A DNA stretch of 64,000 nt from an uncultured Verrucomicrobiae bacterium (GTDB lineage Bacteria > Verrucomicrobiota > Verrucomicrobiia > Chthoniobacterales > JAATET01). The stretch is taken from positions 577,455 to 641,454 of the forward strand of contig CAVXHK010000003.1 of NCBI GenBank assembly GCA_963761705.1, in the 5' to 3' direction. Of the stretch, positions 47,809 through 56,987 are shown piece by piece. The position numbers and the translations under genes were made by a program. The notes under the pieces were generated by a model. That model was not told where the DNA came from. It saw only the letters and a list, made by a program, of their open reading frames with translations, and did not search any database. Numbering within the stretch: position 1 is the first letter of the stretch; the number at the start of each line of letters is the position of its first letter.

Positions 47809-49358
47809 TGGAAGGGGCGCACCGCGAGCGAAGCGAGAAGGTCGACGGTGGCCGGGACATCTTTGATGATCTGGCTGCGGAGTGGACCAACGCCGATGTA
47901 GCGGAGGTTGGGTGGAGCGTCCTGGGCTCCCGCAACCTCGATGATGGCGCGGAGGACGGTCGCGACGTAGCGCTGGGCGGAGGCGGGGAGATCGGCGAAG
48001 TGGCGGGTGTCGCTCAGGTCTTCGGACCAGCCTGGGACGTATTCGTAGACGGGGCGAAGGGTGCGGCGGAACGTATCGTCGCGAGGAACGTGGTCGACGC
48101 GTTCGCCGTCGAGGGTCTCGTAGGCTACGCAGATCGCGAGTTCGCCGTCGGTCCAATCGCCTGAGTAACTCAGGGCATCGAGTTTGTTGAGGACGAGGTC
48201 CTGGTAGCCGCCGTAGCGGAGGGCGTCGCCTTTTTCGACCGCGTCGAACCAGCCGACCATGCGTTGGCGGCCGGTGGTGGAGCCAAATTCGATGCGGCGC
48301 AGCGTGCGGCCAAGCGGGTGGTCGTCGGTGAGTTCGGTGAGAAAAAGGTGGGTGCCGACCTTGGTGTCGTAGGCTTTGCAGCAGCCGATGGTGTGGACGG
48401 GCTGGGCGGGGATGCCGGCGGATTGGAAAAATTCCGGCGTGAAGGTGTGGGAGGCGGTGACGTTAGGTGGGAAGCCGTGGCGTTTGTCGAGCCAGTAGGC
48501 TTGGCCGAATTCACCAAGGATCGTTTGGCCTCGCGCGAGGGCTTGGAGGGTGAGTTCGCGGACGTCGGTGACGCTGGCGACGAGGGCCTGGCCGGCTTGC
48601 CAGTAAGTTTCGACGAGGAGTTCGACGTCGAGGGTGAAGGGCGGACCGGCGTTGAAACGGGTGAAGTCAAATTCGGCGGTGGAAAAGAGATCGGCGGCGA
48701 GGACCTCGGCGTGGGCGCGGGTCTCGGCGGTGGTGAGCGTCTCGAACAGTCCGGCCCAGCGGTCGGGGGAGAGTTGGCAGACGTGCTCGATGACCGCGAG
48801 GGCACGGTTGACGCGGGCGCGGACTTTGCGGTCGAAGAGCGAACGGTCGGCTCGGAAGTCGGAGTAGGTGATTTGGAATTGGGAAATCTCGTCCGTGTAG
48901 GCCGGGGTGATGCCGCGCCCAGTGGAACCCCGGGGTTCTTCGGCGAGGATCTCGGTCCGATAAAATTCCCACGCGAGGTCGAGGAGGCGGTGACTGAGAT
49001 CGGAGACGAGGGTGCGTTCGTCGATGCGGAGGCGGGGGAGGGCGGTGTGGCCGTGGAGTTCGCAGTAGGCGGCTTCCCAGAGGAATTTGCGTGGATCGGC
49101 GACGACGCCGGCGCCGATGGTGAGGTGCGGAACGTGGGGATCGACGACGCCCCCGGGGATGAGATTCAGTTTGACGTCGCCGACGGAATGGCCGGAGTTC
49201 GAACCGCCGTTGACTTTCATGACGGCGGCGACGGCGTCGGGGCGGCCGGTGGACTCGCGAATTTCGTCGAGGACCTCGAGGATAACGCGACCCTTGCCCT
49301 CGTCGCCGGTGGAGATGCCGGTGTCGGCGATGAGTTGGGATGTGAATGGGGATAACAT
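47805..49358 (-). CDS. purA: adenylosuccinate synthetase family protein, unusually long (517 aa)
   Basis: GDEGKGR P-loop, GGSNSGHS (=GGxNAGHT), [17 protein letters not shown] (=EGAQG), KAYDTKVG and [15 protein letters not shown] (=TTGRxRRxGW). It is about 85 aa longer than the 432-aa E. coli PurA, mostly through a central insertion. Confidence 0.75.
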   Translation of the reverse strand: MLSPFTSQLIADTGISTGDEGKGRVILEVLDEIRESTGRPDAVAAVMKVNGGSNSGHSVGDVKLNLIPGGVVDPHVPHLTIGAGVVADPRKFLWEAAYCELHGHTALPRLRIDERTLVSDLSHRLLDLAWEFYRTEILAEEPRGSTGRGITPAYTDEISQFQITYSDFRADRSLFDRKVRARVNRALAVIEHVCQLSPDRWAGLFETLTTAETRAHAEVLAADLFSTAEFDFTRFNAGPPFTLDVELLVETYWQAGQALVASVTDVRELTLQALARGQTILGEFGQAYWLDKRHGFPPNVTASHTFTPEFFQSAGIPAQPVHTIGCCKAYDTKVGTHLFLTELTDDHPLGRTLRRIEFGSTTGRQRMVGWFDAVEKGDALRYGGYQDLVLNKLDALSYSGDWTDGELAICVAYETLDGERVDHVPRDDTFRRTLRPVYEYVPGWSEDLSDTRHFADLPASAQRYVATVLRAIIEVAGAQDAPPNLRYIGVGPLRSQIIKDVPATVDLLASLAVRPFQ

Positions 49359-49363
49359 GAGTT

Positions 49364-49402
49364 GGAAGGTCGAAGGTCGGAAAGTCGAAGGTCAGGAAGT
49401 GG
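49364..49402. repeat. degenerate 7/8-nt tandem tract (GGTCGAA/GGTCGGAA-type)
   Basis: GGAAGGTCGAAGGTCGGAAAGTCGAAGGTCAGGAAGTGG, immediately 5' of the PurA-like ATG (49358) in the guaB-purA spacer. It is related to the 43913-43960 and 55687-55714 tracts. Confidence 0.8.
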
Positions 49403-49464
49403 CTTCGCGTATCTAACAATCGCACCAGCGATTCTGAAACGACTTTCCGACCTTGGACTGCGCG

Positions 49465-51016
49465 TCATCGCGCTTCCGCCCCCGGCGTTGCCTTGACCGT
49501 GATGACGTCGTGGGGGTTGCTTTCGCGCTGGCCGGCGGGGCTGACGCGGATATAGCGGGCGTTTTCCCGGAGGGCGGGGAGGTCGCGGGCGCCGAGGTAG
49601 CCCATGCCGGACTGGAGGCCGCCGATGAGCTTCTCGGAGGACGGTGTCGAGGGGGCCGCTGGATTCTTTGAGGGCTTCGATGCCTTCGGGGGCGGCTTTC
49701 TGCGGGGCGTCGGATTTTTCGTGGCCGTAGCGGGCGGCGCTGCCTTCCTGCATGGCCTCGCGGGAACCCATGCCGCGGTATTGTTTGTAGACTTTGCCGT
49801 TGATCTCGATGATGCGGCCCGGGGATTCGTCGGCTCCGGCGAGGAGGCCGCCACAGATGACGGCGTCGGAGAGGGTGAGGGCTTTCACGATGTCGCCGGA
49901 CTTCGTGATACCGCCGTCGGCGATGGTGGTGACGTGATGCTCGGCGGCGGCGCGGGCGCAGACGTAAAGCGCGGTCATCTGCGGAATGCCGACGCCGGCG
50001 ACGACGCGGGTGGTGCAGATGCTGCCGGGTCCCTGGCCGATCTTGATCGTGCTGGCACCGGCTTTGGCTAGGAATTCCACGCCGTCGGCGCTGGTGACGT
50101 TGCCGGCGATGAGGGTGAGGTCGGGGAAGGCGTCGCGGATGAGGCGGACGGCGTCGCCGACGCCCTTCGTGAATCCGTGGGCGGTCGAGACGGCGATGGC
50201 GTCGATGCCTTCGTCGACGAGATTTCCGACGTGGCCGAGGATGCGGTCGCGGTCGAGGGTGCCGTCGGCGTGGCGGTGGGGCGAGACGGCGGCTCCGCAC
50301 ATGAGACGAAACTTGGCGTCGCGGGCGGGGCGGACGAGGCGACGGGTTTCCTCCTCGATGCGCTCGATGTCGGAGAGAGTGAAGAGGCCGCGGAGGCGGT
50401 CTTTTCCGTCAACGACGAGAAGCTTATGGATGCCGAGGTGTTCGGTGAAAAAGTGGTCGGCGGTGTCGATCGGCTTCGAGCGGATCTCGGATTCGGCGAT
50501 GGTGAAGACTTGGTCGCGCGGCGTCATGGCCTCGCGGACGGAGCGGTGGGCGTAGCGATTTTTCACGACGCGGCCTGGGAGTAAACCGAGGAGGCGATTT
50601 TCCGAATCGACGACCGGAAACGTGCTGAAGCCGAAGCGCTTTTTCGCGATGAGATCAAGGATTTCACCAATGAGCTGGTCGGGCCCGACCTTGATGGGCT
50701 CTTGAATGAAGCCGTGAATGTGATTTTTAACGCGGGCGACTTCTTTGACCTGAGCCTCATCGGTCATGTTGTAGTGGATGAGCCCGAGACCGCCGTTGAG
50801 GGCCATCTGGATCGCCATGCGCGACTCGGTCACGGTGTCCATGTCGGATGAGACGATGGGGAGTTGGAGCTGAAGGGAGTCCGAGAGGGCGACGGCCAGC
50901 TGGGCGTCACGGGGGAGAATCTCGGAGTAGCGCGTTGCGAGGCTGATGTCATCGAACGTGAGACCAACGGGCTGGCGGAAGAATTCGTCGGCGGCAAGGT
51001 AGAGGTCGTGGACCAT
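49465..51016 (-). CDS. guaB: IMP dehydrogenase, apparent frameshift near 49630-49645
   Basis: Full IMPDH with the CBS pair and GSICTTR active site. After ...[17 protein letters not shown] the conserved tail (E)[43 protein letters not shown] continues in the adjacent frame, which stops at 49465. Total length is 1552 nt, not a multiple of 3. Confidence 0.85.
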
Positions 51017-51149
51017 GGAGGAGGGTGTTAGCTCGTGTTTTGGGTGGCAAGGCGATTCTGTGAATGGCGGGGGAGCGGGCGAAAATGAACGGGCGGGTGG
51101 GGATTTTTGGAATTGGATCGGGGTGATCGCGGGGATAGCGTTGCGGCGG

Positions 51150-51638
51150 ATGAGACCGGGCGCCAGCATCGAGAAGCTTTGGATTTCTCCGGCGCACAAT
51201 TATTTTGGTCACTTCGGCAAGCCGCCGGGTGAACACGCGACCGTGTCGGTCGAGGCGGTGGAATGCCACGCTGGGAAGGGTCTGGTCGGGGATCGGTTTT
51301 ACGATTTCAAACCCGCGAAATTTCCGGATGGCTACGACGGGCAGGTCACGTTCTTCGCGGTCGAAACCTGGGAAGATTTGTGTGAGCTGATGGGAACGCG
51401 GGACCGGGGGCCGGAGGTCTTCCGGCGCAACGTGCTGACGCGGGGGGTGGATCTGCGGGGGATGAAGGGCGAGGAATTTTCGGTCCAGGGTGTGCGGTTT
51501 TTGGGGGTGAAAGAGGCGGCTCCGTGCCAGTGGATGGACGCGGCGTTTGGGCCGGGAGCCTTGACGGCGCTCAAGGGGCGGGGCGGTCTGCGGGCGCGGG
51601 TGCTGACGGATGGCGTGATTCGCGCGGGGGCGGCGTGA
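51150..51638 (+). CDS. MOSC domain-containing protein
   Basis: About 162 aa from ATG 51150: [15 protein letters not shown]...GLVGDRF...[11 protein letters not shown]...C.WMD...GGLRARVL, a MOSC-like beta-barrel pattern. Confidence 0.65.
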   Translation: MRPGASIEKLWISPAHNYFGHFGKPPGEHATVSVEAVECHAGKGLVGDRFYDFKPAKFPDGYDGQVTFFAVETWEDLCELMGTRDRGPEVFRRNVLTRGVDLRGMKGEEFSVQGVRFLGVKEAAPCQWMDAAFGPGALTALKGRGGLRARVLTDGVIRAGAA

Positions 51639-52201
51639 GCGGGCGGCTGGCGGCGGCCTTGTTGGTCGGCGGAAAGTCCGTGCGGATGGGGCGCGACAAG
51701 GCGTTCATCGAGTGGCAAGGCCGTCCGCTGTGGCGGCATCAGCTTGGGATTCTGCGCGCGCTCGGGCCGGACGAAGTCTTTCTCTGCATCGGGAACCGGA
51801 GCGACTTCAACGGCGATGGATCGGTGATGCTGAGTGACGATCCTGCGCACCGGGGTCCGATGGCGGGGATCGCGGCGGCTTTGGCGGCGACGGATTGCGA
51901 GTGGCTGCTCGTCCTGGCGATCGATCTGCCGGAGATGACCCCGCAGTTCCTGAAGCGGATGACCTCGAGCGCGACCGTCGAGGGTCGAGGGCAGGTGTTC
52001 GAACGGGGGGGCTATTTCGAAGGCCTGGCTGCCGTTTACGGGGAAGGCCTCAGCGCGTTGGCGGCGGAAGTGGCGGGAGGCTTGGACCCGTCGGTGCAAA
52101 ATTTCGTGCGCCTCGCTGCCGCCGCTGATGAAGTCCAGACGAGACCACTCCCCGCGTGGGACGAGTGGAAATTTCGGAATCTGAACACGCCCGATTCGTG
52201 A
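51635..52201 (+). CDS. mobA: molybdenum cofactor guanylyltransferase
   Basis: GTG 51635 overlaps the MOSC stop as GTGA. Contains LLVGGKSVRMGRDKAFIEW (LAGGxSxRMGxDK motif) and LVLAIDLPEM. Confidence 0.8.
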   Translation: MSGRLAAALLVGGKSVRMGRDKAFIEWQGRPLWRHQLGILRALGPDEVFLCIGNRSDFNGDGSVMLSDDPAHRGPMAGIAAALAATDCEWLLVLAIDLPEMTPQFLKRMTSSATVEGRGQVFERGGYFEGLAAVYGEGLSALAAEVAGGLDPSVQNFVRLAAAADEVQTRPLPAWDEWKFRNLNTPDS

Positions 52202-54457
52202 TCAGCGTGGCTCGAGCCGGACGGCGCACGCCTTGTAGGCGGGCTGGCGGGACGTCGGGTCGACTTCGTTGCGGGTGAGTTCGTTGGTGACGCCGTAGTG
52301 CATCGGGAGGAAGACCTGGCCGGGTTGGACGATGGGGGTGACGCAGGCGCGGACGGTGATCGTGCCGCGGCGGGAGGTGACGGCGACTTGCGATTCGGCG
52401 GTGATGCCGAGGCGGGCGGCGTCGGCGGGGTGGATCTCGACGTAGGCGTCGGCGGGATAGAGTTTGCGGAGGACGTCGCTCTTGCCGGTGCGGGTCTGGG
52501 TGTGCCACTGCGAAGAGGTGCCGCGGCCGGTGAGGAGCGTGAAGGGATACTCGGCGTCGGGGGGCTCGGCGAGCGGGCGGGGGGATTCGAAGATAAAGCG
52601 GGCGCGGCCGTCGGGGTGGTGAAACTGGCCGTCCTGAAAGAGCCGACGCTCTTGATTTATGATTGATGATTTACCATTGATGATTTGGGAAGTTTGGGCT
52701 TCGCCCTGGGTATAAGGCCATTGGATGCCGCCTTCGGTGTCGAGGTGCTGGTAGTCGCGGATGCCGGAGATGTCGCAGGGTTGGTCGGCCAGGGCGCGTT
52801 TCATGATTTGGAACGCGGCCTCGGGGCTGGTCCACTCGGCGAAGAGGTCGCCGCAACCCCACGCCTCGGCGAGGACGCGGATGATGCTGAAATCACTCAG
52901 CGCCTGGCCGGGGGCGCGGCGGACTTTTTTGACGAGGCCGATGCGGCGCTCGGAGTTGATGAAGGTGCCGTCTTTTTCGCCCCAGCCGGCGGCGGGGAGG
53001 ACGAGGTCGGCAAGCTGGGCGGTCTCGGTGGAATGATACATGTCCTGGACGACGAGGTAGTCGAGCTTGCGAAGGAGAGCCTGGGCGCGCTTGGATTGGA
53101 TCCAGGAATGGGCCGTGTTCGTGGCAACGACCCAAAGGCCTTTGATCTGGCCCGTCTCGATGCCGTCGATGATCTGGTCGTAGGCGAGGCTGTCGTCGTG
53201 CGGGATACGGTCGACGGGGATCCGGAGGGCGGCGGCGACTTTTTCGCGGTCGGCGGCGCTCTGGAACTTATGGCCGCCGAGGAGGTTCGTCGTGCTGGAG
53301 AAAATGCGCGACCCCATGGCGTTGCACTGGCCGGTGATGGAATTTGCGCCGGTGCCGGGGCGGCCGATGTTGCCCGTCATCAAAGCAAGGTTGATGATGG
53401 CTTGCGCGGTGCGGGTGGCTTCGTGGCTCTGATTCACGCCCATCGTCCACCAGAACGAAACGCGCCGACCGCGGGCGATGGTCGCGGCGAGGTCGTGGAT
53501 TTGCGCGACGGCGAGGCCGGTGTCGGCGGCGACGCGCTCGGGCGTGAAAGTGGTGGCGAACGCGGCGAACTCCTCGAAGCCGGTGGTGTGGGCTTCGATG
53601 AAACGGCGGTCGACGGTGTCGATGGCGATGAGCAGGGCGGCGACGCCGTAGAGGAGGGCGAGGTCGGATTTTGGACGGAGCGCGAGGTGATCGGTCGCGG
53701 CCATCGCGGTCTCGGTGCGTCGGGGATCGATGACGATGATGCGCGGATCGTGGGGATTGCGCATGACGCGCTGCCACATGATGGGGTGCGCGACGCAGAG
53801 GTTGGAACCGACAAAAACGAGCACGTCGGACTCCTCGAAGTCGGCGTAGGTGTAGGGCGGGGCGTCGAACCCGAACGACTCTTTGTAGGCGGATACGGCC
53901 GTGGCCATGCACTGCCGCGTGTTGCCGTCACCGTGGCGGATCCCCATTCCAAACTTGGCGACCACTCCAAGGAACGCCATCTCCTCGGAGACAATCTGGC
54001 CGGTGCTCAGGAACGCGAGACTGTCGGGACCGTGCTCGCGCTGGATGCGCTGGAAATGATCGCGGAAGGCCGTGGCGGCGGTCGGCCAGTCCGACGGCTT
54101 CAGCTCGCCGGTTCCGGCGTCCCGGATGAGCGGGGTCGTCGCCCGGTCGGGTGCATCGAGAGCGGACAGGGCCTCCCATCCTTTCGGACAGGCCATGCCA
54201 AGATTGACCGGATACTCGGTGTCGGCGGAGAGGTTGATCGCCTCGCCGTCCTTGAGGTGGATTCGGAGCCCGCAGCCGGTCGCGCAGTAGCCGCAGACGG
54301 CGGTCGTGGTCGCGTCGGGCGTGAGGCGGGTGGGCACGGAGCCGAGCCCGAACGCGGCGGGGGACTGAACGAGGTCGGCCGTGAGCGGGCCGGTGCGGGG
54401 GCGGAGGAGGGAGTCGGTTGAGAGTTGAGAGTCGATGGCCGAGCGGAGTTTTGACAT
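52202..54457 (-). CDS. nasA: assimilatory nitrate reductase catalytic subunit (molybdopterin oxidoreductase, NasA/NarB type)
   Basis: N-terminal CGYCATGCG 4Fe-4S motif, MGD-binding domains and a C-terminal molybdopterin dinucleotide-binding domain. No twin-arginine motif in the N-terminus. Confidence 0.88.
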   Translation of the reverse strand: MSKLRSAIDSQLSTDSLLRPRTGPLTADLVQSPAAFGLGSVPTRLTPDATTTAVCGYCATGCGLRIHLKDGEAINLSADTEYPVNLGMACPKGWEALSALDAPDRATTPLIRDAGTGELKPSDWPTAATAFRDHFQRIQREHGPDSLAFLSTGQIVSEEMAFLGVVAKFGMGIRHGDGNTRQCMATAVSAYKESFGFDAPPYTYADFEESDVLVFVGSNLCVAHPIMWQRVMRNPHDPRIIVIDPRRTETAMAATDHLALRPKSDLALLYGVAALLIAIDTVDRRFIEAHTTGFEEFAAFATTFTPERVAADTGLAVAQIHDLAATIARGRRVSFWWTMGVNQSHEATRTAQAIINLALMTGNIGRPGTGANSITGQCNAMGSRIFSSTTNLLGGHKFQSAADREKVAAALRIPVDRIPHDDSLAYDQIIDGIETGQIKGLWVVATNTAHSWIQSKRAQALLRKLDYLVVQDMYHSTETAQLADLVLPAAGWGEKDGTFINSERRIGLVKKVRRAPGQALSDFSIIRVLAEAWGCGDLFAEWTSPEAAFQIMKRALADQPCDISGIRDYQHLDTEGGIQWPYTQGEAQTSQIINGKSSIINQERRLFQDGQFHHPDGRARFIFESPRPLAEPPDAEYPFTLLTGRGTSSQWHTQTRTGKSDVLRKLYPADAYVEIHPADAARLGITAESQVAVTSRRGTITVRACVTPIVQPGQVFLPMHYGVTNELTRNEVDPTSRQPAYKACAVRLEPR
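52652..52689. repeat. AT-rich heptamer-periodic element inside nasA, in-frame (encodes [12 protein letters not shown])
   Basis: On the coding strand it reads AAATCAT CAATGGT AAATCAT CAATCAT AAATCAA. Nt 52655-52688 are 34/34 identical to 61306-61339, the nrtC-nrtD spacer. Confidence 0.9.
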
Positions 54458-54485
54458 GGCAAGTTAGTTGGCTGGGTTGTTGGCC

Positions 54486-54760
54486 TTGGAAACGTTGGTC
54501 AACGTGGCGGAGCTGAAAACAATTTGAGTAAGTATCTCGCGAGGGTGGCGGAGGGGGAGACGGTGGTGATCTGCAATGGGAACCTGCCGATCGCGCGGGT
54601 CGAGGAGGTCTTCAAAAAAAGAACCGCAGCAAGGCGGGATTTGATCCGAGGGTCAAAATTCTCGGCTCGCTCCATGGCCCGCTCATTCCCGAGGAAGATT
54701 GGAACATGCCGCGGGATGATTTCGATCCGTTGGCGTGTGCGCAGTCGCGAAGGCGAGTGA
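54486..54760 (+). pseudogene. orphan Phd/YefM-type antitoxin remnant with at least 2 frameshifts, antisense to the nas operon
   Basis: TTG 54486 gives LETLVNVAELKTI*. The next frame gives LSKYLARVAEGETVVICNGNLPIARVEEV..., and a third gives LGSLHGPLIPEEDWNMPRDDFDPL. Together these form a typical antitoxin if one A is added at aaaacaAtttgag and one at tcaaaAttctc. No toxin ORF follows. The end coordinate is approximate. Confidence 0.5.
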
Positions 54761-54810
54761 ATCTTCCAACTCCTATTCTCAAACACCCGCACGTCCATTC
54801 GATGAGATGA

Positions 54811-56358
54811 TCACGCGCCGCCGGGCATGCGGTGGGCGACGACGGTGGTGAAGAATTGGTGGCGCTCGATGCCCTCGCTCAGGACGAGAATGGCCATACC
54901 GACGACCGGGAGGAAGGGGAGCAGCACCGCGCCAAGGACGGCGGTCGCGTTGCGCAGCAGCACCTGCCGGCGAAGCGGGCCGCGGAGGAGCTGGGCCGAG
55001 AGGGAATCGTGAGACGGGTCGGCGGGCGCGGCCTTTGCGCGGAAGCGGGCTTCGGCGAGAAGTTTTGCACCGAGGATCAGAAGCGCGATCGGATAACAGG
55101 CCGCGACGGCGGCGGTCGCAAAGAGTGCAACGGTGCCGTAAAACCGGAAAGCGGTGCGCGGAAAGCGCCAGAGTTCGCGCTGGGTATCGGCGTAGACCAT
55201 CACCGATGTGAATACGCAAAGGATGCCGTAGAGCGCAGCCGGGATGCCAATGAGACGCGGAAAGATCACCGCACCAGCGACGAGCGGCGGGAGAGCGCCG
55301 AAGGCGACGACCTCGCGGCTTAACCACGAGCGCCGCAGCCCGAGGAAGACGCGCCAGGCTTTGAGCGGCTGACCGAGGTGGAGGACGCTGGCGGTGAGGC
55401 CGGTCATGAGCGCCGCTAGCGCGGCGCAGTTGAGGGTTGAGAGTTTGAAGTTGAGAGTTGGTGAGAGGGTGAGGGGGAAGCTTGCCGACGAGATCGTTGC
55501 CGCGAGGACGAGACCAACGGCGGCCTGAGTGAGGGTGAGCATGATGACCAGCGGGAGGTGGCTGTGCTCGAGGCGGGGGCGGCGGGCGTCGGCGCGGCTG
55601 GCAGAGGACGGGATAATCTTTTTGGTGACGTAGCGGGTGGTGGGTTGCGTGTAGCTGGACGTGATGACGCCAGGCAGAAGCTGACCTTCGACCTTCGACT
55701 TTGGACTTTGGACTGAGACGATTTGAATCGCTTCCGTCGGGCAGGCTTGCACGCAGGCGGGGGCTTCGCCGACGGCGAGCCGCGAATGACACATGTCGCA
55801 TTTGCGGACGATGCCCTTTTTTTTGGAATACTTCGGGACGTCGTAGGGGCACTTGAGGCTGCAGTATTGGCAGCCGATGCACTGGTCGTCCAAATGGCGG
55901 ACGATGCCGGTGATTTCGTCCTTCTCGTAGGCGAGGACGGGGCAGCCGTTCGCGCAGGCGGGGTCGGCGCAGTGGTGGCAGGCGGTGGTGACGGTCTGCT
56001 GATACGCGATGCCTTCGGCTTCTCCGAGGAGCATACCGACGTCGCGCCACGTTTCGTTTTCCTCGAGTCCGTTCAGGCTGTGACAGGCGGAGACGCAGGC
56101 TTTGCAGCCGGTGCATTTGTCGAGGTCGACCTCGAACGCGTATTGCTCGCCGGGTCCGGGGGCGGTGAGGGGAATGAGGTCGCGGTAATGCTTGGCCTGA
56201 GTCGGACTCGTCGCGTCGGCGTGGTGCTGGGCGAAGCGCTCGGCCGCGGTGAGGTTGCGTTGCTCGGCGAGGAGTTCGTCGATGAGGTTGGGGGGAGTTG
56301 TTGGTTGTTGGTTATTGGTTATTGGTGAATGCCGCTCCGCTGGAGTGAGAGTGTTCAT
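54811..56358 (-). CDS. 4x[4Fe-4S] ferredoxin (DmsB/NrfC-like) fused to a DmsC-like polytopic membrane anchor
   Basis: Start ATG 56358 overlaps the DUF4202 stop as ATGA. Cys clusters CTGCKACVSAC, CHHCADPACANGC, CIGCQYCSLKC and CDMC...CVQAC, followed by ~8 TM helices. Three heptamer tracts lie in-frame. Confidence 0.75.
   Translation of the reverse strand: MNTLTPAERHSPITNNQQPTTPPNLIDELLAEQRNLTAAERFAQHHADATSPTQAKHYRDLIPLTAPGPGEQYAFEVDLDKCTGCKACVSACHSLNGLEENETWRDVGMLLGEAEGIAYQQTVTTACHHCADPACANGCPVLAYEKDEITGIVRHLDDQCIGCQYCSLKCPYDVPKYSKKKGIVRKCDMCHSRLAVGEAPACVQACPTEAIQIVSVQSPKSKVEGQLLPGVITSSYTQPTTRYVTKKIIPSSASRADARRPRLEHSHLPLVIMLTLTQAAVGLVLAATISSASFPLTLSPTLNFKLSTLNCAALAALMTGLTASVLHLGQPLKAWRVFLGLRRSWLSREVVAFGALPPLVAGAVIFPRLIGIPAALYGILCVFTSVMVYADTQRELWRFPRTAFRFYGTVALFATAAVAACYPIALLILGAKLLAEARFRAKAAPADPSHDSLSAQLLRGPLRRQVLLRNATAVLGAVLLPFLPVVGMAILVLSEGIERHQFFTTVVAHRMPGGA
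55430..55464. repeat. heptamer tract (TTGAGRG-type x5) in-frame in the membrane domain
   Basis: TTGAGGG TTGAGAG TTTGAAG TTGAGAG TTGGTGA, which encodes ...LSPTLNFKLSTLN.... Confidence 0.8.
55687..55714. repeat. heptamer tract (TTCGACC x2, TTGGACT x2) in-frame at the ferredoxin/membrane-domain junction
   Basis: Encodes VQSPKSKVEGQ between ...ACPTEAIQIVS and the first TM region. Confidence 0.85.
56298..56325. repeat. heptamer tract (TTGTTGG x2, TTATTGG x2) in-frame near the N-terminus
   Basis: Encodes ...SPITNNQQPTT..., 11-20 codons after the start. Confidence 0.85.
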
Positions 56359-56987
56359 GATGAGGCGAGCGCCTCGTTGAGGATCGACGCGGCCTCCGGG
56401 GAGACGGGGATGGCGGCGGCGAAGGCGTGCGCGGCGGGGGACATCTTTTTCCAGGTCTTGCGGAGGATCGTGACCAGTTGGTCGCGATTCGTTTTGTCGA
56501 TGAGCGCGTCGAGTTGTTGTTCGATGGTGACGAGGCAAAGGGCGTCTTCGAGGGTTTGCGTGTCGGGGTCGGTGCCGAGGTGTTCCTTGAGGTTGAGGGA
56601 GCGGACCCGGTCGATCAATTCGGTGTCGTAGCCAGCGGCGGCGAGGATGCCGGTCGCGGTGTCGGCGTGGAGGCGCTTGAGATTGGCTCGCCATTTGAGG
56701 TAACCGGGGCGAGTCATCGGGTAGGACGAACGCGGGACGCGCCACCGGGCGATGTGCTGGCAGCGGGCGGCGAGGCGAAGGGGTTCGGAGGGGGTGGGGT
56801 CAAGTTGGTGGACCCAGTGGGTGAGGCGTTGGGAATAGAAGAATTCGAAGGGGATGGGGGTCCCATCGACCTGGGCAGTTCGGGGGTCTTGGGCATTTTC
56901 CTCGTCGATTCTTGAAATGGCTTCTTCGAAGCGAGGGGAACGAGACCGGCTGGAAGCCGGTGCTACTCTGGGTTCAATACACATCAC
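56355..56987 (-). CDS. DUF4202-like protein
   Basis: RFEEAISRIDEENAQDP...RCQHIARWRVPRSSYPMTRPGYLKWRANLKRLHA matches my memory of DUF4202, which often neighbours nitrite/sulfite reductases. ATG 56987 overlaps the upstream gene by 14 nt. Confidence 0.55.
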   Translation of the reverse strand: MMCIEPRVAPASSRSRSPRFEEAISRIDEENAQDPRTAQVDGTPIPFEFFYSQRLTHWVHQLDPTPSEPLRLAARCQHIARWRVPRSSYPMTRPGYLKWRANLKRLHADTATGILAAAGYDTELIDRVRSLNLKEHLGTDPDTQTLEDALCLVTIEQQLDALIDKTNRDQLVTILRKTWKKMSPAAHAFAAAIPVSPEAASILNEALASS

